This document shows positions 13,801 to 28,554 of a stretch of DNA of 64,000 nucleotides, in pieces. Within the stretch, counting starts at the first letter, position 1, and each line of letters opens with the position of its first letter. The DNA lies in NCBI RefSeq assembly GCF_036588685.1, contig NW_026963290.1:62001-126000 (forward strand), in the 5' to 3' direction. The DNA comes from Mytilus trossulus. Its lineage: Eukaryota. A program made the position numbers and the translations under genes. The notes under the pieces are model-generated. The model had not been told where the DNA came from. It was given only the letters and a program-made list of their open reading frames with translations, and searched no databases.

Positions 13801-16800
13801 TGTTATCTCCTGTATACCTATAATTCCTAAGTACGTGTCTCCGGAGTATGTGGTACTTGAAACAAGAAACCTCGCATTAACATTTCATCAGAGTAAGACA
13901 TAGCGAGAATCACAATGGTCAAGTAAAAGTTATAAATTCTATAGGTTTGTATAGGTGATCTATAGGAAGGATTAGATGTACAGAGAACAATACAGGTTAT
14001 CTTTTGAAATGTACAATAAATCATTCAAATTCAAATAAATAGTACTAGCAACGTAGGTATTGTATTTACCGAGATGTCCCACCAGGTAAAGTAATTGATC
14101 CGTGATCTGTGCCTTGTCAAGGCACGAAAAATTAATCAAATATTTATAAAGGTTAATACGTATATAACCCCTAGCTGACAATTATAACAGTTTAATCTTA
14201 TAGATAAGTTTAATACTTTTCTTATACTGTTGTGTATAACTAGAAAAGGATCAGCAAAGGCGAGGTGTTTATTCAAAAGATCTATTCAGTTGGACGATTG
14301 TTCTTATTGTGCTGTGTGGTCTGGTAGAGTCATTCAATTGAGGTGATTTGAATGAGCTACATATTGTCTTTTCCATATGAACAGTGAATGATAAGCAACC
14401 AACATTAACCTTTCATGGAAATGTCAAAGAGAATAGTATTGTCCGAGGCAACTACCCGGATTCAATATTGATTCCCCTTTCTTTAAATTTTCAATGATTT
14501 TTTTTATACAAATTTGAAGAAGTTAGTCAGTATGGGGTTTTATCAAACATATTCAAAATTATCAGAAAGGCACTATGACAGGATGCTAATTGATAAAATC
14601 ATGTACTAAAAACTCTCTTCCTCAATAAATTCTCCAAATGTCTACTGATATTTTAACATATAAAACAACGATAAAGCCATGTAAGACTTGGTAGATACTG
14701 AAAAAACTTTATAGACTGGTTGATACATCAACTATAACATTTTTTAATAGGTGAATAGGACGTATTGATTTATCAATTAAAATCTGCTCATTGATGAATT
14801 AGATTCTTTCGTAATTCAAAAGACGGAAATACTATCAATACACGCACGATATACATCACTTTGGCATAAACTATATTATAGACAAAGAATGGCTGAAAAC
14901 AAAGACTATTTTCGAACTCATTATTTTTCATTTCGGACTACAATGTTCAAAAGATAAAGACAAATTTTCTGCATCGTAAGACAATTATTTTAAACGCAAA
15001 ATACGACCATACTGATACAAGATACTTGAGATTTTTCAAAATCACAATCTTAAAATGCTTTTATTTGTCCAAGCAGAATTTAATAAGTCATGTTTGTATA
15101 TTATATAATGTTTATATACACTGTAGAGTGTCATTCAATACTAAATGTTTGTTTTCTTTTGTTAGTATTTGTTTGGTCGAGTTCGTGTCACATGAACGTC
15201 AGCAGTCAAGAATAAATAACACCTTCTATCATGTCGAGAAACTTGCACATTTACAATATCGAGTCATCGAGATACTTATAAAATGTAGTACGATTATTTA
15301 GAATATACAAGAGAAACATATGTGCATTTTATTCAACAGACATGTATATCGTCAATTGTTCTAATTTTAATGTATCTAAATTTGACATATTTAATGTAGA
15401 GAAACAGATGCCAAATTGTAAGCTAACATCTATATTAATTTGTGGTCTCTTAAAGAAACGTTTAATAAAACGAATGCACAACATTACTCCATACAATGGA
15501 CTATTGATTTTCACCTGAATGAATCAAGCATGTTATACATGTAATATGTGGTTATTTGTGCAGTACAACCCATTACTAAAGGGTTTACCATTAATTACAT
15601 GCCTCCACTGAACATCTACAAAGGTAGCAACAATGTGGGAATGGTATTGTATGATTGAAATTAAGTTCTGACTTGAATGTGGTTACATTTTCAAAGACGT
15701 CCGCTTAATTTAAACATGAAAATTTGAATTAATTTTGTTTACATGCTAATATATAAACATATTTGGCAAATATTTATATAAAATTATTAAAATGCTTGTA
15801 CTGCATTTACATATATGTTATTACATTATGTTTCCAATAAAATTGTATTTACAGGTGTATCGACTTACCTGTCTTTTTTTCTAGTCAATGATCAGCTGTT
15901 CTGATGAAGATGTAGATTCCTTATGAACATACCATTAACTGAATCTGACAGACAGATATAATGGCTGATGAATCTTATAACAATCCTTAGTCACACATGC
16001 AAATTGTATTGAAAATTTGACCGAACGGTAAATACCACGTTCAAGACTTTAAATGATCAACGATCAATTGATCAAGTTTATTACCTGGTGAATTCAGGTA
16101 GAAATTTTTATAAACAAACATGTACAGACAGTGACTTTTGAGTAAGGAATAGTAGGACCAGAGGTGCGGTTTATCGCTTATTTTGATCACATGCTTTCAT
16201 ATATATTATAGATTCTTATAAAAGGTTGATTGATTTTAGTCAATGACAATACCGTTATGGCTTGCGGTTTGTTAAAATAACGGACAAATGGTGAAAATAT
16301 CTTCGGATTTACTTTCTTTTATCGGAATTTTTAAACTTTAAATCATTAAAATATTTCTTTTCAAAATGGTTTAAAACTTTACACCTTCAAATTTTTAAAG
16401 TATTGAATGCTATTTAAAAGTTATCAGGTTTGAACTAAGGAAATTCAATTGTGAAAAAAGATTTATGCTGTATGCTGTGTAAAAATAATTTGTTATCATA
16501 CTAACTGCAGAAAATATTTATTGTTAACATGTAGATTTATTCAGTTTTATTTCAATAAAATTTCAAAAGAATATAAAAGAAATAGATAAGCTACCTTCAC
16601 TTTTTTGGCAATCTCAATGATAAATGTGTCAACCGATGAACAGACATACAAAATAGATATTTAGAAGAATGTTTATAATATCATATTATATTATATTACC
16701 TTAATGTTCAAAAAATATTTACACCATGAGCAAAATACTAAAGTCTTGTTAAATGCAGAAATTTTATGCAGATTCAGATGGATATTTCTATAAATTAAAA

Positions 16801-18749
16801 AAAAATAAGCTCAAAGTTGGAAGTACAAAACAGTTCCCCTGAATAACAAGTGAATGAAACAAATCCGAATTCATTAATGTTTTCGGAGGCAAGAACATTA
16901 ATTTCTTTATTCGAGTGTTAGTGACTTGATATTACCAAATATAAGGTTCTTACAAATCATGTTTAACCCCGCCGCATTTTGTGCCTTTCCCATGTCAGGA
17001 GACTCTGGCTTTGTTAATCTTGTATGGTTTTTTTTTAATTTAATTTGATTTGTTATATGTTTTGGAGTTTAGTGCGAGGTCCATTTTCACTGAACTTGAC
17101 GCAAAGATATATGAAAATGTGGCATGGGTGCCAATGAGACAACTCTCCATTCAAGTATATTTGTTAAGGAGGCAGCTGCAACATCCAAGTGTAGTATTTC
17201 CTCGCTGTGTTGAAGACCTATTGGTATCATTGGGTTGTTTTCTACTCTTTGATTGTTTTGTTTTTTTGCATCTTTAACACGTTCTCCATTTTATTCTGAA
17301 ATGACAAAGGAGTAATACATAGTTTACGATGTTCTCTGTATATTAGCTTGATTTGTTTTGTCCCTTCCATTTATTTTATTCATTATCATCTTTCAGTAGT
17401 CTTGAATATACAAATTGTTGCATTATTTCTCTGTTTCCTCTTCGAAATCGATGTTAAAATATAGTACTTTTTATAGAATGTGACGGGGTTAAACGTGTTT
17501 GTTGGCTACTCCCTCCCCTCCTTTAACATTGGAGTGGTGTAACACATCACGAGAACATAGTAATATACTTTTCTTGCCTACGCTTACCCTATGTAGTATG
17601 CAGATTCATCGTAGCTCTGAATCCATGTGTTGATTAAGAAGAGTGAATGTTTCATGGAGCATTTTGCACACCGCGCTCTATAACACCGCCCATTTCCATA
17701 ATCTAAATGTCCAGAAAGTGAATGAAGATCAAGATCTTTATCTATGGTTGAAATTCTGATCAGAAAACAACATATTTTCCATATACAGGGAAGACAGGTC
17801 TTAGGTTTAATTTTAAGCGTATCAAAACATTTATCTAGGCGTAACATTTATCTAGGGGTAACACACCCTAGAATTGTATTGACATCCATGACTTATTGAT
17901 TTTTTTGCTTTAAATTTGCTTTTCATAAATAAAGTTAATATTTACTAAACCTGCAGTTTTTATCGTTTTAACATTATCAGAGTCATGTTTCGGTCGTTGT
18001 TCATCCGGGAGTACAACCAACTAGTATTGAACTGATTGTATTTGATTTTGCTTTAAATTTGTTATACATAAATGAATGAAATATTTACTAAACTTCTGGT
18101 TTATTCTAAGTGTCATTGACATTTATATATTAAAAGCTTTGTTTTGATTCTCTGTGTACACATGATTACAGAATAGGTACTGAAGACTGTCTTAACCTTA
18201 GTACATTAACAGTACAAAGTTTCGGTTGTTGGTTTGTCTTCCTTAACTAAAAGCTTTGTTTTCCATAAAGCTGTAATTGATTTTCTTATCCTTTGATTCT
18301 TTGTGGATTGTTTTTATTCGTCAATGACAATTATACAGGGAATAAAATTAGTATTAAGTTTTTCATGCTCTGTGTTTGCCTTTTGTGTACCCAAGACGGG
18401 CGAAGGAAGTCAATTTGAAACGCTGCAATCAAAGGGTATCATTTCTTTCTAAAAGAAATTATGAACAACTGCTATGTGCATATTTACAATATGAATATTG
18501 AAACACATTGAAAGAGGGACCAGAGATACCGAAGGACAGTCATAGTTATAAATCGAAAATAACTGACAACACCATGGCTAAAAAAGAAAAAGACAAACAG
18601 ACAAATAATAGTACACAAGACACAACATAAAAAAGTAAAAACTAAGGAACACGAACCCCGCTAAAAACTCTGGGTGAATTCAGGTATTCCGGAAGGGTGT
18701 GCAGATCTTGGTACACATGGTGTACCCGTCGTATCGCTCATGTTATAAG

Positions 18750-19130
18750 CGCTGATGGAATATTGCTACATAGAAAAGGAAAGTTCACAATTGGGAAGCT
18801 GAAATCATCTCTTTTGTCGAATTGTTTTGTTATTAACCTACCCTTATTGTCAATTTCTAAATGTAAGACAAGATATGAGACAGACTTAACTGTATCTGTT
18901 GTATCATTTATCTCTTGTATGATGGAATCTTGAATTATTTAGTGAGGAAACATCTGCTATATGCGGAAAGTAAAGTTGTGGGAGATTGCTAACTTCTTAT
19001 CCTTCTTCTTTAGATCGAAGTTTCTGTATGAAGTCAACCTCATATCAATAAAGGAATAATAAAGGACAAGAAAAGGGGCACAAATGGTCCACATTGGAAA
19101 TCCCACAGTCTGTTAAAAACACGTGCCAAA
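18750..19130 (-). mobile_element. Penelope-like retroelement reverse transcriptase remnant
   Basis: The reverse strand reads as degenerate RT motifs: a VF..TVG..PM..CAP-like segment, FTFRI.DVSSLNN, IKDTTDTVKSVSYL.LHLEIDN.GR, FDKRDDFSFPIVNFPFLCSNIP, with frameshifts. Confidence 0.75.
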
Positions 19131-20029
19131 ATTGAAATATTTTCTTCAGAAATATGTTAATAGACTTCCAAAATCTTTTAAAAAAAAATTAATTGATGTC
19201 AAATGACGATACAACCACGAATACCGTACACAAGCCCCGTTCGAAGAGGGTCATGATATCATTTGACTTCAACTCAACTCTAAAACAGAATATTTGAATA
19301 CAACTATCACACATATCTGCTTTGTCCAAGATGTAACTAAATAAATGAACTTTGGATGTATAAATACCGTGACACGTCGTATAGCAATGAGAAATCACAG
19401 TCGTCATAACCGTCATATTCGGGAAAAGGTCACATTGGTACTTAGTAAACCAGACAAAGTCGATGGTAAACCACATCAAAGACGTAGTAAAAATGTCGTA
19501 AGACACACAGAACAAAACCCGGCTATTTGTCACATGTGCACTTCCACTTTTGTTTATCAACTATTGAATATAACCATTTTCAGTATTATCTTTTCGTTAT
19601 AAGTAGGCATGTTCGTTGACAGTGATTTCCGACATTTTAACAGTCAGTTCTGCTTATGTTTTAGCTACACCCAGATGTTTAGTGCAAACTTACACAATGT
19701 CTTTCGTTATTTATCTCACAGATTTAAAGCCTAGGATTTTTAATGATTTGAAATGCATGTGAACGTAATTGTTTTATAAATTCTTACATACCACGGACTT
19801 ACATATAATGCATACTTTGTCCAAGGTGGTCCATTGTGTTACATCTATAAATATCAATAATATCAGTTATATGTACCACGGCTACTAATGTGTAAAGCAT
19901 GTATAAAGAAAGCACGCGATACAAAAATAGAAACCCTGCTAGGGATCAAATGAAAAGTTCAAACATATATATAACAATCACTTTTTATTATAGATAAACT
20001 CGTCATATACATGACATACCAGCATTAAA

Positions 20030-20475
20030 ATAGTGTACGCCAGGCGCGCGTTTCGTCTGCAACAGATTCATCATTGGTGCTCGAATCATCAACGTTACGA
20101 ACAGTACGAAGTTAAGAGCATTTAGGAACCAAAATTCCAAAAAGGGGTTTGCCAAATACAGTTTGGTAAGACAGCAACCATTTGATTGGAGTGGGGGGGG
20201 GGGGGGCTATGGATTTTTTTGGCGAAAAAAGTTTGTTTCCAGTTTTTTTAGAGAAAAAATAATGTGTTTTTGACCCTGAGAAAAAAAAAATGTTTTTTTC
20301 ACTCTCAGCTGCCACTATATGTAATGCTAAAATGGAAAGAAAAATTGTCTTCGACTTGTCTCCAAAAAATTAGATTGTTTTTTAGCCGAAGGCGAAAAAA
20401 ATAGTTTGTCTTTGGGAAAAATCCATAGCCCTCCCAGAAAATCAAATTGTTGCTGCGTAATCTATTCCTGGGCTA
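20030..20475. mobile_element. Interspersed repeat (gaaacgcgcgtctggcgt family) with a nested PIF/Harbinger-type MITE at 20170-20457
   Basis: The MITE has imperfect TIRs (gacagcaaccatttgatt…ctatggattttt / aaaaatccatag…aatcaaattgttgctgcg) and a TAA TSD (20167-69, 20458-60). The host family also occurs at ~44080-44250, 47880-48030, 50580-50750 and 56400-56540. Confidence 0.7.
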
Positions 20476-20832
20476 AACAACATAGTAAGACGTTAATATT
20501 AAATTATAATTGTGTTTGTCCTTTAGTAAAATGCTTTAATGTAACATGAATTTAAACAATTATAGGTCAACGTACTTCAACAATGAGCAAAACATCCATT
20601 TTGAAAAAAAAGTGAAACAATTTCAACCGAAAATAATATCAACTGCCGCCAACAAAAAGTATGACAATGTTGGAAAATTATTTTTAGACGTGTATATAAA
20701 TAAACAATAAATTTAAATTTAAAAAATCGCACCTGCTTTATCTCGGAAAGATTTGTACAGTGTAGTGTACTACTCTTGGGACAAATAATATGAAAATTAT
20801 AGAAAAGTTTACCAGCTCTAACTCAAAATATG

Positions 20833-21540
20833 AGTAGTGTTGTATGGGGGATCCTAGATGGTTTTCTTGCAATGTCTGGAATGTGTAACGTCATTCAGTA
20901 TGTAAGGAATGTTGTAGGTAAGGAATGCGTGACGTCATTCCGTATGTAAGGAATGTATGGCATGTTTTGCAAACTAATGTTTTCCCTTATATGTAGACGT
21001 TGTTAGTAGATCAGTTAAAATAAGCCATGAAATCAGACGCAACTCCATCGTACATGACGAGATATGCTAGTATTAGATCTAGCATGAGTTCTATATACCG
21101 CAACTACGATTTCTTCCATCTAGACGTAATAAAAATTACTGGAATCTGCATAATCATGTTATTCCTGATATGTATGACACTGGCTTTGGCCAGTTCTTAT
21201 ATGAAATCAATAAATATACTAGTATAAAATCTGGATGTAAACAGCTATTAGATATGTTAGACTTTCCCTGGAGATGACACTCATTGCATTCAGTCATTTG
21301 AGTTACAAGACAACGAATTGTATGTGAGAGTGTACATGTATCAAGCATCAGTTATACCGGACATAAGAAGATTTCACATAGTACAAGCTACTTCATATGG
21401 ACTGTATTTGAACTTTAACCAATGGAACTATTTGGAGAGAATTCAGAATGCTATAGGAAAGTCCATAGATAATGCATTAAATGTGACACTACATAAAAAA
21501 TATTAAATAAAAGTTAAAAAAAATTGTCTGGGATGCATTA
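20833..21540 (+). mobile_element. Probable truncated Maverick/Polinton terminus carrying a decayed PC4-like ORF
   Basis: Starts abruptly with AGTAGT, the typical Polinton terminus, followed by short subterminal repeats (ggaatg.gtgacgtcattc.gtatgtaaggaatg) and the disrupted ORF 21027-21506. Confidence 0.5.
21027..21506 (+). pseudogene. PC4/Sub1-like ssDNA-binding domain pseudogene
   Basis: ORFs 21027 and 21318 are in one frame, separated by 3 stops. The C-terminal part FELQDNELYVRVYMYQASVIPDIRRF..ATSYGLYLNFNQWNYLERIQ matches the PC4 pattern YVSV..F.G.V.IDIR.Y..G.KGISL..EQW..L. Confidence 0.5.
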
Positions 21541-22729
21541 CTTTCCATAATGTTCTGATCCATGACTGCGGAAGACTATTTTATTAAGATCAAATATACA
21601 AGATATCAGAATAGGTATCTGAACATTGAATCCTTTCAAAATTTCAACCTTTTTCTGAGGATTTTGTTTTGGTCATTTTTGCAGTAAACACTAACTGATT
21701 TAGAATTAATATCTTTCCAAATATTCGAAAGGACAAAGAAACGTTCAAGTTTTCCCAGGATTTTCAACTCAAATGACGCCTGTTGTAATAAAAGTTCATT
21801 TTCAAGGGAAGTAATTTAAAATGAAAATTATATTTCGATGACCTCTATGTTGAGGGGGTTTGAAATTCATTTTGACAGCTTCAAACACACTTTTTTAAAC
21901 TTTTTTTTAACTAAACAAAATCACTACTGAACATAAAGATTCAGTACCGAATATTTTTTAACATCTAATTGCATCCCCTTATTTATTATTTCATGCATAT
22001 AATATAAAGAAATAAATATGGAAAGTGTATGAAAAAATGCTATAGTTATACTCTGTCCACACTAGGGACTATATTAGGACGATAACTGTGTCCTCAAGAG
22101 GCGGATATAGGGAGGGGGCGGGGCCCCCCTTTTTGGGAAAAAAATTGCTAGTTTATATAGGGAATCACTGAAGCGTGACTGGAGTGGGCCCCCTCTTAGG
22201 CAGTCAGTGGCCCCCACAATTTCTAGATCCGCCAGTGTCCTCCGACCATATACCTTAATTATTCTTGTATCCTTATATTTATATAATACTATGTTTCGTA
22301 TTTAGTATGTAATACGTATGGATAAAATTTTAAAAACTGACCAATGGTACTATATTAATCATCCACAGAAAACAGAAAAAAGAACAGTTTCAAATCTAGG
22401 TGTTGAAGTATGTAGTAGCAGATATATATAGACCGGACTATGACCTGTAATGGTTCACTTTTGCACATTATGACTTGGATGAAGATTTTTCCCATTGACA
22501 CTCATACCACATCTCCTTATATCTATATAGTTTCATCAAAACCAGCTTTTTTAAAGGATTTACTTTTTCCAAGGTGTTTAAACTTTATAATATTTAAAAT
22601 ATTGACTGATAAAAGATAGATAACTCTAACGTGGAGTATGTTACCATGAACATAGATCAATGTTGATTAAAATGTATATGTTCACACAACGTTGTCAATA
22701 TAATGGCATTGTATTATACGACTGTCATA

Positions 22730-22900
22730 CAAGTGAGACGTTTAACTAGCTATAAAACCAGGTTTAATCCACCATGTTCTACATAGGAAAATGCATGTAT
22801 CAAGTCAGGAATATGACAGTTGTCATCCATTCCTTTGATGAGTTTGTGCTTTTGATTTTGGCTTTTTGAATTTTCTTCGAAGTTTATTTACTCTTTACTT
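22730..22900 (+). repeat. Interspersed repeat (ctataaaaccaggtttaatc…caagtcaggaatatgacagtt); second copy at ~46335-46530
   Basis: Two homologous copies in the window. Confidence 0.7.
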
Positions 22901-25158
22901 CTATGATTGTTATTCTCTTTGTTACATATACCCAATTTAAAAGAATTACACAAACATTTTAGAATACGAATTTCCTTTATGATTTTGTGACTTTTGAAAT
23001 AAATATATATATATATATATATATTTACAGATCTAACATTGTTGGGTTGATGTTTAGACGAGTTGTATATAATATATGTGAAATTTTATATTTCTCATCC
23101 ATAAAGTGCCCTATATTACTTATGTGCTGTATTTAGATCACTCTATCAAGAAATTTGGAAGATCAAAGGATATTGGCATTCAATGAATAAACCGAATGCA
23201 CACAAAATTGTGGTTGTTTTTTGTTTTTTTATTTTAAATTGTATATCATTTATTTGCCTAAATCTTTATTTTTTTTTATATTATTGTCATGTCCATTGCT
23301 ATGATGTTTGGTGATCCTTTGTTCGGAATACATTTTTCTTCATTCCAATCGTATTATATACAGTAATATATAATTCCGACTTCATTTGAACTGTATGTAT
23401 AAAATATGATTAAATCATTAATATATAATACTATCATTGTGTGACACATTTTTTGGCCGATTATTATAACTGACTTTAAATAAAGATATAACTTAATGGC
23501 TATATAAGTCGATTTTGATTGCGTAGGGTTCAGTTTTCAGAACTCTGTGTATAATAAATAATAAACAAAAATAAAATCGATTGTACACTGTAGTATATCC
23601 TGTTTTCTGTTATTTTGCACATCTTTAACGAAATACACAAGGTTAGTTTGTTTCTCCATGCATGCAAATATTTTTAATATCAACTAAATGGACTCGTTTA
23701 GTAGGTCAGATGACGGTTGACTGTAAGTTGCGATCGCTATCCCATATTGGCATCTTTAAGGATAGCGACACAGCCATTTTGCCAGTACCCTACACTTCAT
23801 CTGACCCACTAAACGACATAGTCAAGGTAAATACTGCTTGCAAGTCAAGTACATTATAGTGATAATGTTTTAACACAATTTTGATCAAACACGAATAATT
23901 CTGAAAATATATTTGAATTTCAATATTAACAAACGAGTTTAAAAACTATGTATATAATAGGAACATACACGTCTGCTTTTCATACATAATTTATTTTTAC
24001 AGTAATGAGTGCTATTTTTATATTTTTCTTTCTTACACAGGTTCTTGTCTCTGTTTTTTTCCGGCAATATACCCTTACTATTAATGTTATATAGGGGGAT
24101 CTGAGACAAGCGCCTGTGCAATCTAATATCATAAAAAGAAGAAAATTACTTTAGTGAATATGAGTGTAGCCATTATAACTGCGCACATCTATTGATATAA
24201 ATAAATAAGTTATGTATAATAAGTAGATATTTATGACAAACCCGCCAGTAGCTAAGAATATCATTGTAGGATTAATACGCACAGCATAATAATATTTAAA
24301 AAATATTAAGTAGTAGCTCACTGATGGGATCTTTCATTAGCAGTTAGATTGATCGGCAATTCAGGCTTTTGGAGGATTTAATAGTATGAAAAAGTTTATT
24401 TTGACAGAATTAAACTATACTGGCTGATAAAAGATAACTCATTTTCTCTAATTCACTTTCTTTAGTGATTGGCATAAATAGGACACATTTTAATATATAT
24501 ATATTTTTTTTTCATATCAAATCAAATTCTTCCGGTGCGTGTTTGCGTCCTGTTGCAAACAAGATTTTCTGTTGTTTATATTGTAGTATTGCAGACAAGT
24601 GTCTAGTCGTATTTGTTAAATTTATTTAAATACCACTTACACTTACACGTCCATTTAGTTACATACTTAGCACACAACTTATGAATACATTAAAGCAGAT
24701 TTAAAAAAAAATTGTCTTCATTTTTCCAAAAACTTTAAAAAAAAACAAAAAAAAACATCAATATAAAAAGAAGATTGCCAACGAAACGTGAATTCACTAG
24801 AGACCTAATGACATGTATGTAGGGATACATAGGTCAATGGGCAAATCCCAAACTAGACGAGAAAACCACAGAGACATTTATGGTATTATTGTATCAGGTA
24901 CATTGGTGGCCTACTGTTATTTTCTGCTCGGGTTGTTGTCATTCCCAATTTTGGCGGATTTAATCATGTATGTGACTCCTCCACTCTCTTGTTAGCATGG
25001 GCTTAGTAGTGGTTAGTGGGTAAATGATGCCACAAAATCAAATAGACTGCACAAAATTGTTGGAAAAGGCTTAAAGATAGAAACTGCTCTCCTATTTGTA
25101 AAAAGTATTAAACATAATCATACAAGATAAATATAACTACTTAATGTAATCGTCCTCG

Positions 25159-25573
25159 TAAAGCAGTCACACTGTCACGTTTCAAGAGCTACGTCTTACT
25201 ACGTTTTGAAAGCGTAGCGAAACGGGAATATACGTAACGAAGCGTATCGAAACGTGGTGATCCTCTCTTCAAAACGGGACCTGCCTGTTTTGAAAACAAA
25301 CGTAGCGAAAATAGAAACAAAATAGAAACTTAGTAAATACGCATCAAAGCATAGCGGAATGTAACAAAATGTGCTTACTACGTATCGAAACGTATCAATG
25401 CGTGGTGGAAACGTGGGTCTACACGTACTAGTACGTAGCAAAACGTGATAAGAACCTAGCACAAACCTAGTAAACCCTAGCTTTCAAAAGATCGGGACAT
25501 TTTTATTCAAAACGTAGTCGAAACGTAGCATTTTAAAACAGAATAAAACGTTGCAGTGGGACTGGGGCTTTAA
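25159..25573. mobile_element. MITE with imperfect TIRs (Harbinger-like)
   Basis: Left taaagcagtcacactgtcacgttt versus the reverse complement of the right end, ttaaagccccagtcccactgcaacgttt; interior rich in aacg/acgt motifs. A similar truncated left end lies at ~28174-28480. Confidence 0.55.
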
Positions 25574-25774
25574 GGCGGTTACAAATAAAAAAAAATGTGT
25601 TGGATATTCAAGCAGTCAAATTATTTGAACTCTCGTTATCTCACATACTTGTATTTGAAATCGTATTGAATCATTTGCCCAATACAGCTTCATACATATT
25701 TAACTTAATATTTTCGGTTTTGCATCATTTTTAAATCAATATTTTTCTTTACAGGACGTTCAACTAATACCATA

Positions 25775-27291
25775 ATGAAATCAACGTTCGAGTGGTTGAA
25801 TTTTGCTTTTCTAGTTGTTCTAATTAGTGCTGACACAACGAGTATAAAAACACCGTCTGGACCAATCAAAGGACTAAAATTGAACTATCACAAAACAGGA
25901 GAACCTTTATATGAATTCAGGGGCATACCCTTCGCCAAACCACCGATTGGTTCGTTGAGATTCAAAAATACAGAACCACTTGAAAAACGAAAAGAATTTC
26001 ATGACGGAACGAAATTCGGAGCAATCTGTATGCAGCCGGGTATCGATTTTATGCCTGAAATAAGTAAACCAGACATGTCTGAAGATTGTTTGGTATTGAA
26101 TGTCTACGTTCCAAGAAATTTACACGAACGTTTGTCAGTAATGGTATGGATACACGGTGGCGGATTTATGGTCGGTCATGGACACCTCTACGATGGCGGA
26201 AAACTTGCAATGGAAGGTAATGTGATTGTTGTAACAATAAACTATAGACTTGGAGGATTTGGCTTTTTTGCTGTGGGTGATTCTTCGGCAAGAGGTAACT
26301 ATGGTTTGTGGGATCAAAAGATGGCACTTCAATGGGTTCATGATAATATTGCATCATTTGGAGGTAATCCCGAGTCTGTTACAGTGTTTGGTGAATCCGC
26401 TGGGGGATATAGTGCATCATTCCAATCACTTATACCTTCAAATAAAGGACTTTTTCAGCGAGTTATTTCACAGAGTGGTGTTGTATCTAGAACTGTTGTT
26501 GTGACAAACTCCTCTATTGAAAAATTTGCAGCAGAAATAGCTGAAAAATCTTCTTGTCCATTCGATGAAAAGCAAATATTCGTTGATTGTTTACGACAGA
26601 AAACAGCTGATGAAATCCTTAAATTGACCGAACCTTTTGCCTCAACATCAGCGGACAAGCTCATGTTTGAATCCACTGGTATGCCGGTCGTAGATTATGA
26701 ATTGTTTCTCGAACATCCTATTAAAAGTCTGGAAGACAAATCATCAGATGTGTCCAAGTTTTTCCGTTCTCTAGATTTCATGGCGGGTGCTGTCTCTAAC
26801 GAAGGATCCTTACTATATATGATGATACCACCAAGCTTCCAAGAACACTATAAATTTAATGTTACTGAAGGTATTCCATATAAAGCAGTTTGTAACGGAA
26901 TACTGTCACCCTTTGTTGAATTGTGGTATGCTAACAACTCAAACGTCAAGGACATACTGTGTAGATATTACTCCGCAGAGTCTATCGCAGATCAATCTTT
27001 AAAAGCAACCGATTCCTGGGCTGACATTACATTTTACTATCCTATCATGAAAATGTTAGAACATCACTCTGGAGGTAATACATACCAATATGTGGTATCA
27101 AAATTAAGTCCAAAACCCTTCGGCGGGCCGCCTCCGTCATGGTTCAAAGGTGTCGGTCATGGTGATGAAGTGATTTACCTTTTTAATGTATCTCAGTTTA
27201 TGTCACTGGATGAAAAAGAGATAATGAATGATAGAGATGAAGAATTTGGAAAGAAAATTATAAGTTATTGGACATCTTTTGCTAAGACTGG
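25775..27291 (+). CDS. Carboxylesterase type B (paralog CE1), coding exon 1
   Basis: Signal peptide; motifs FRGIPFAKPP, SEDCL.LN, WIHGGG oxyanion hole, NYRLG, GESAG nucleophile, SNEG (Glu), GHGDE (His). Acceptor TTTACAG at 25754; phase-2 donor GG|GTTAGT at 27291/27292. Confidence 0.95.
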
Positions 27292-27863
27292 GTTAGTATA
27301 TTAATATTAGCAATGCTGTATTTTACAAAATAATATGCCACGACAGTCATATTTTATAAATCGTATATACATTTGTTGTAGAGTACTAGTAATAAAAAAA
27401 TCCGTGCGCATTAACATTCTTAGTAAGCGCAATTCTTACCATTAACTGTAGGCAAGTCATTTTTATAATTTAGATCCTTTAACTATTCGTCCCCAATGTG
27501 TATATTGTCTGTTTGTTTTGTTTAAAGATATTTTCTATTACAGTGTGACCAGGCGTCGGGTAGTCGTTACAAATTTAAATGAAATGGACATAGAAATCAA
27601 TTCCTGGGTAAAATCAGCCATGTTTTTTTTCTCTCATAGCAATGACCCTGCTTTTAAAGTACTTTCTGCTTGCCTCTTATAGTCAATATTTGATTGTGAT
27701 ATTTAGTAAATTACTATCAAGTTTCCGAGAGAGAAAGCTTTACGAAAAGTTAAAAGCAACACAACATTTTCTATAACTAGCCAAGATCATCAAGTAACAG
27801 TTCTATTTTTTCATTCACATCCATAAACTGTCCGGTCACTTTCTTTATTTCATGTCATTTCAG

Positions 27864-28059
27864 CGTGCCGTATGCTGGTGATGGGTCAGTTCCATGGAAA
27901 CCATTCGATATGGAAAACAAAAACTATCTGGATTTAGACGATGAGATAACACAAAAAAATAACTACAAACCTGAAATATTGGAACTCTGGTCAAACCAAC
28001 TACCAGCGTCCAATCTTGAATCAGCGAGTGCAGACGAAGGACACCGTGATGAATTGTGA
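27864..28059 (+). CDS. Carboxylesterase CE1, last exon, ending HRDEL (ER retention); spliced product ~570 aa
   Basis: Acceptor TTTCAG|C at 27863/27864 restores FAKTG-VP..WKPF..YLDL; total CDS 1713 nt, divisible by 3. Confidence 0.93.
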
Positions 28060-28554
28060 ATGTTGTAGGTTCAATAATATGATATATTGCACTCATTTTT
28101 GAAAGACAGTTCTTGATACTATAATATATTACTTAAAAAGTTGCCAAATCGTGAGGAATTCTTGCATTGTGTATAAAGCCTCGGTCACACCTTACCGGGT
28201 AGCACGAACGGACGCCTAACGGATGAAAATAAAAGTTGTCCGTTGACAAAATTGTTATCCGTTGGGAGTCCGTTGATGTACTGACCAAATAAAACGAACG
28301 ACAGTCACGTGTAACGGATGCATAACGGACACACAACGGATATGCAACGTACGAGAAACGGACACGTTCCGGACAGAATGGATGTCGAACGTACATCCAA
28401 CGGACGAGTAACGAATAAAACGGACACCTAACGGAAGCGTACCGGATAAAACGGATGAACAAGATATACGGAAAAATCAAAGGCGACAATAATAATAAAT
28501 GTTAATCGCATAAATATTCAAAAATTTTCTGTGTAACTGGTTTATATATATAAA

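Noticed and set aside
9970-15880. Candidate upstream non-coding exons of the TRIM gene (donor-like ctcacc ~9975, cttacc ~11083, cttacctg ~15864)
   Set aside because: Donor-like hexamers alone are not sufficient evidence without transcript data.
17479-17865. Solo LTR (TGTGAC…GTAACA)
   Set aside because: No matching target-site duplication and no second copy in the window.
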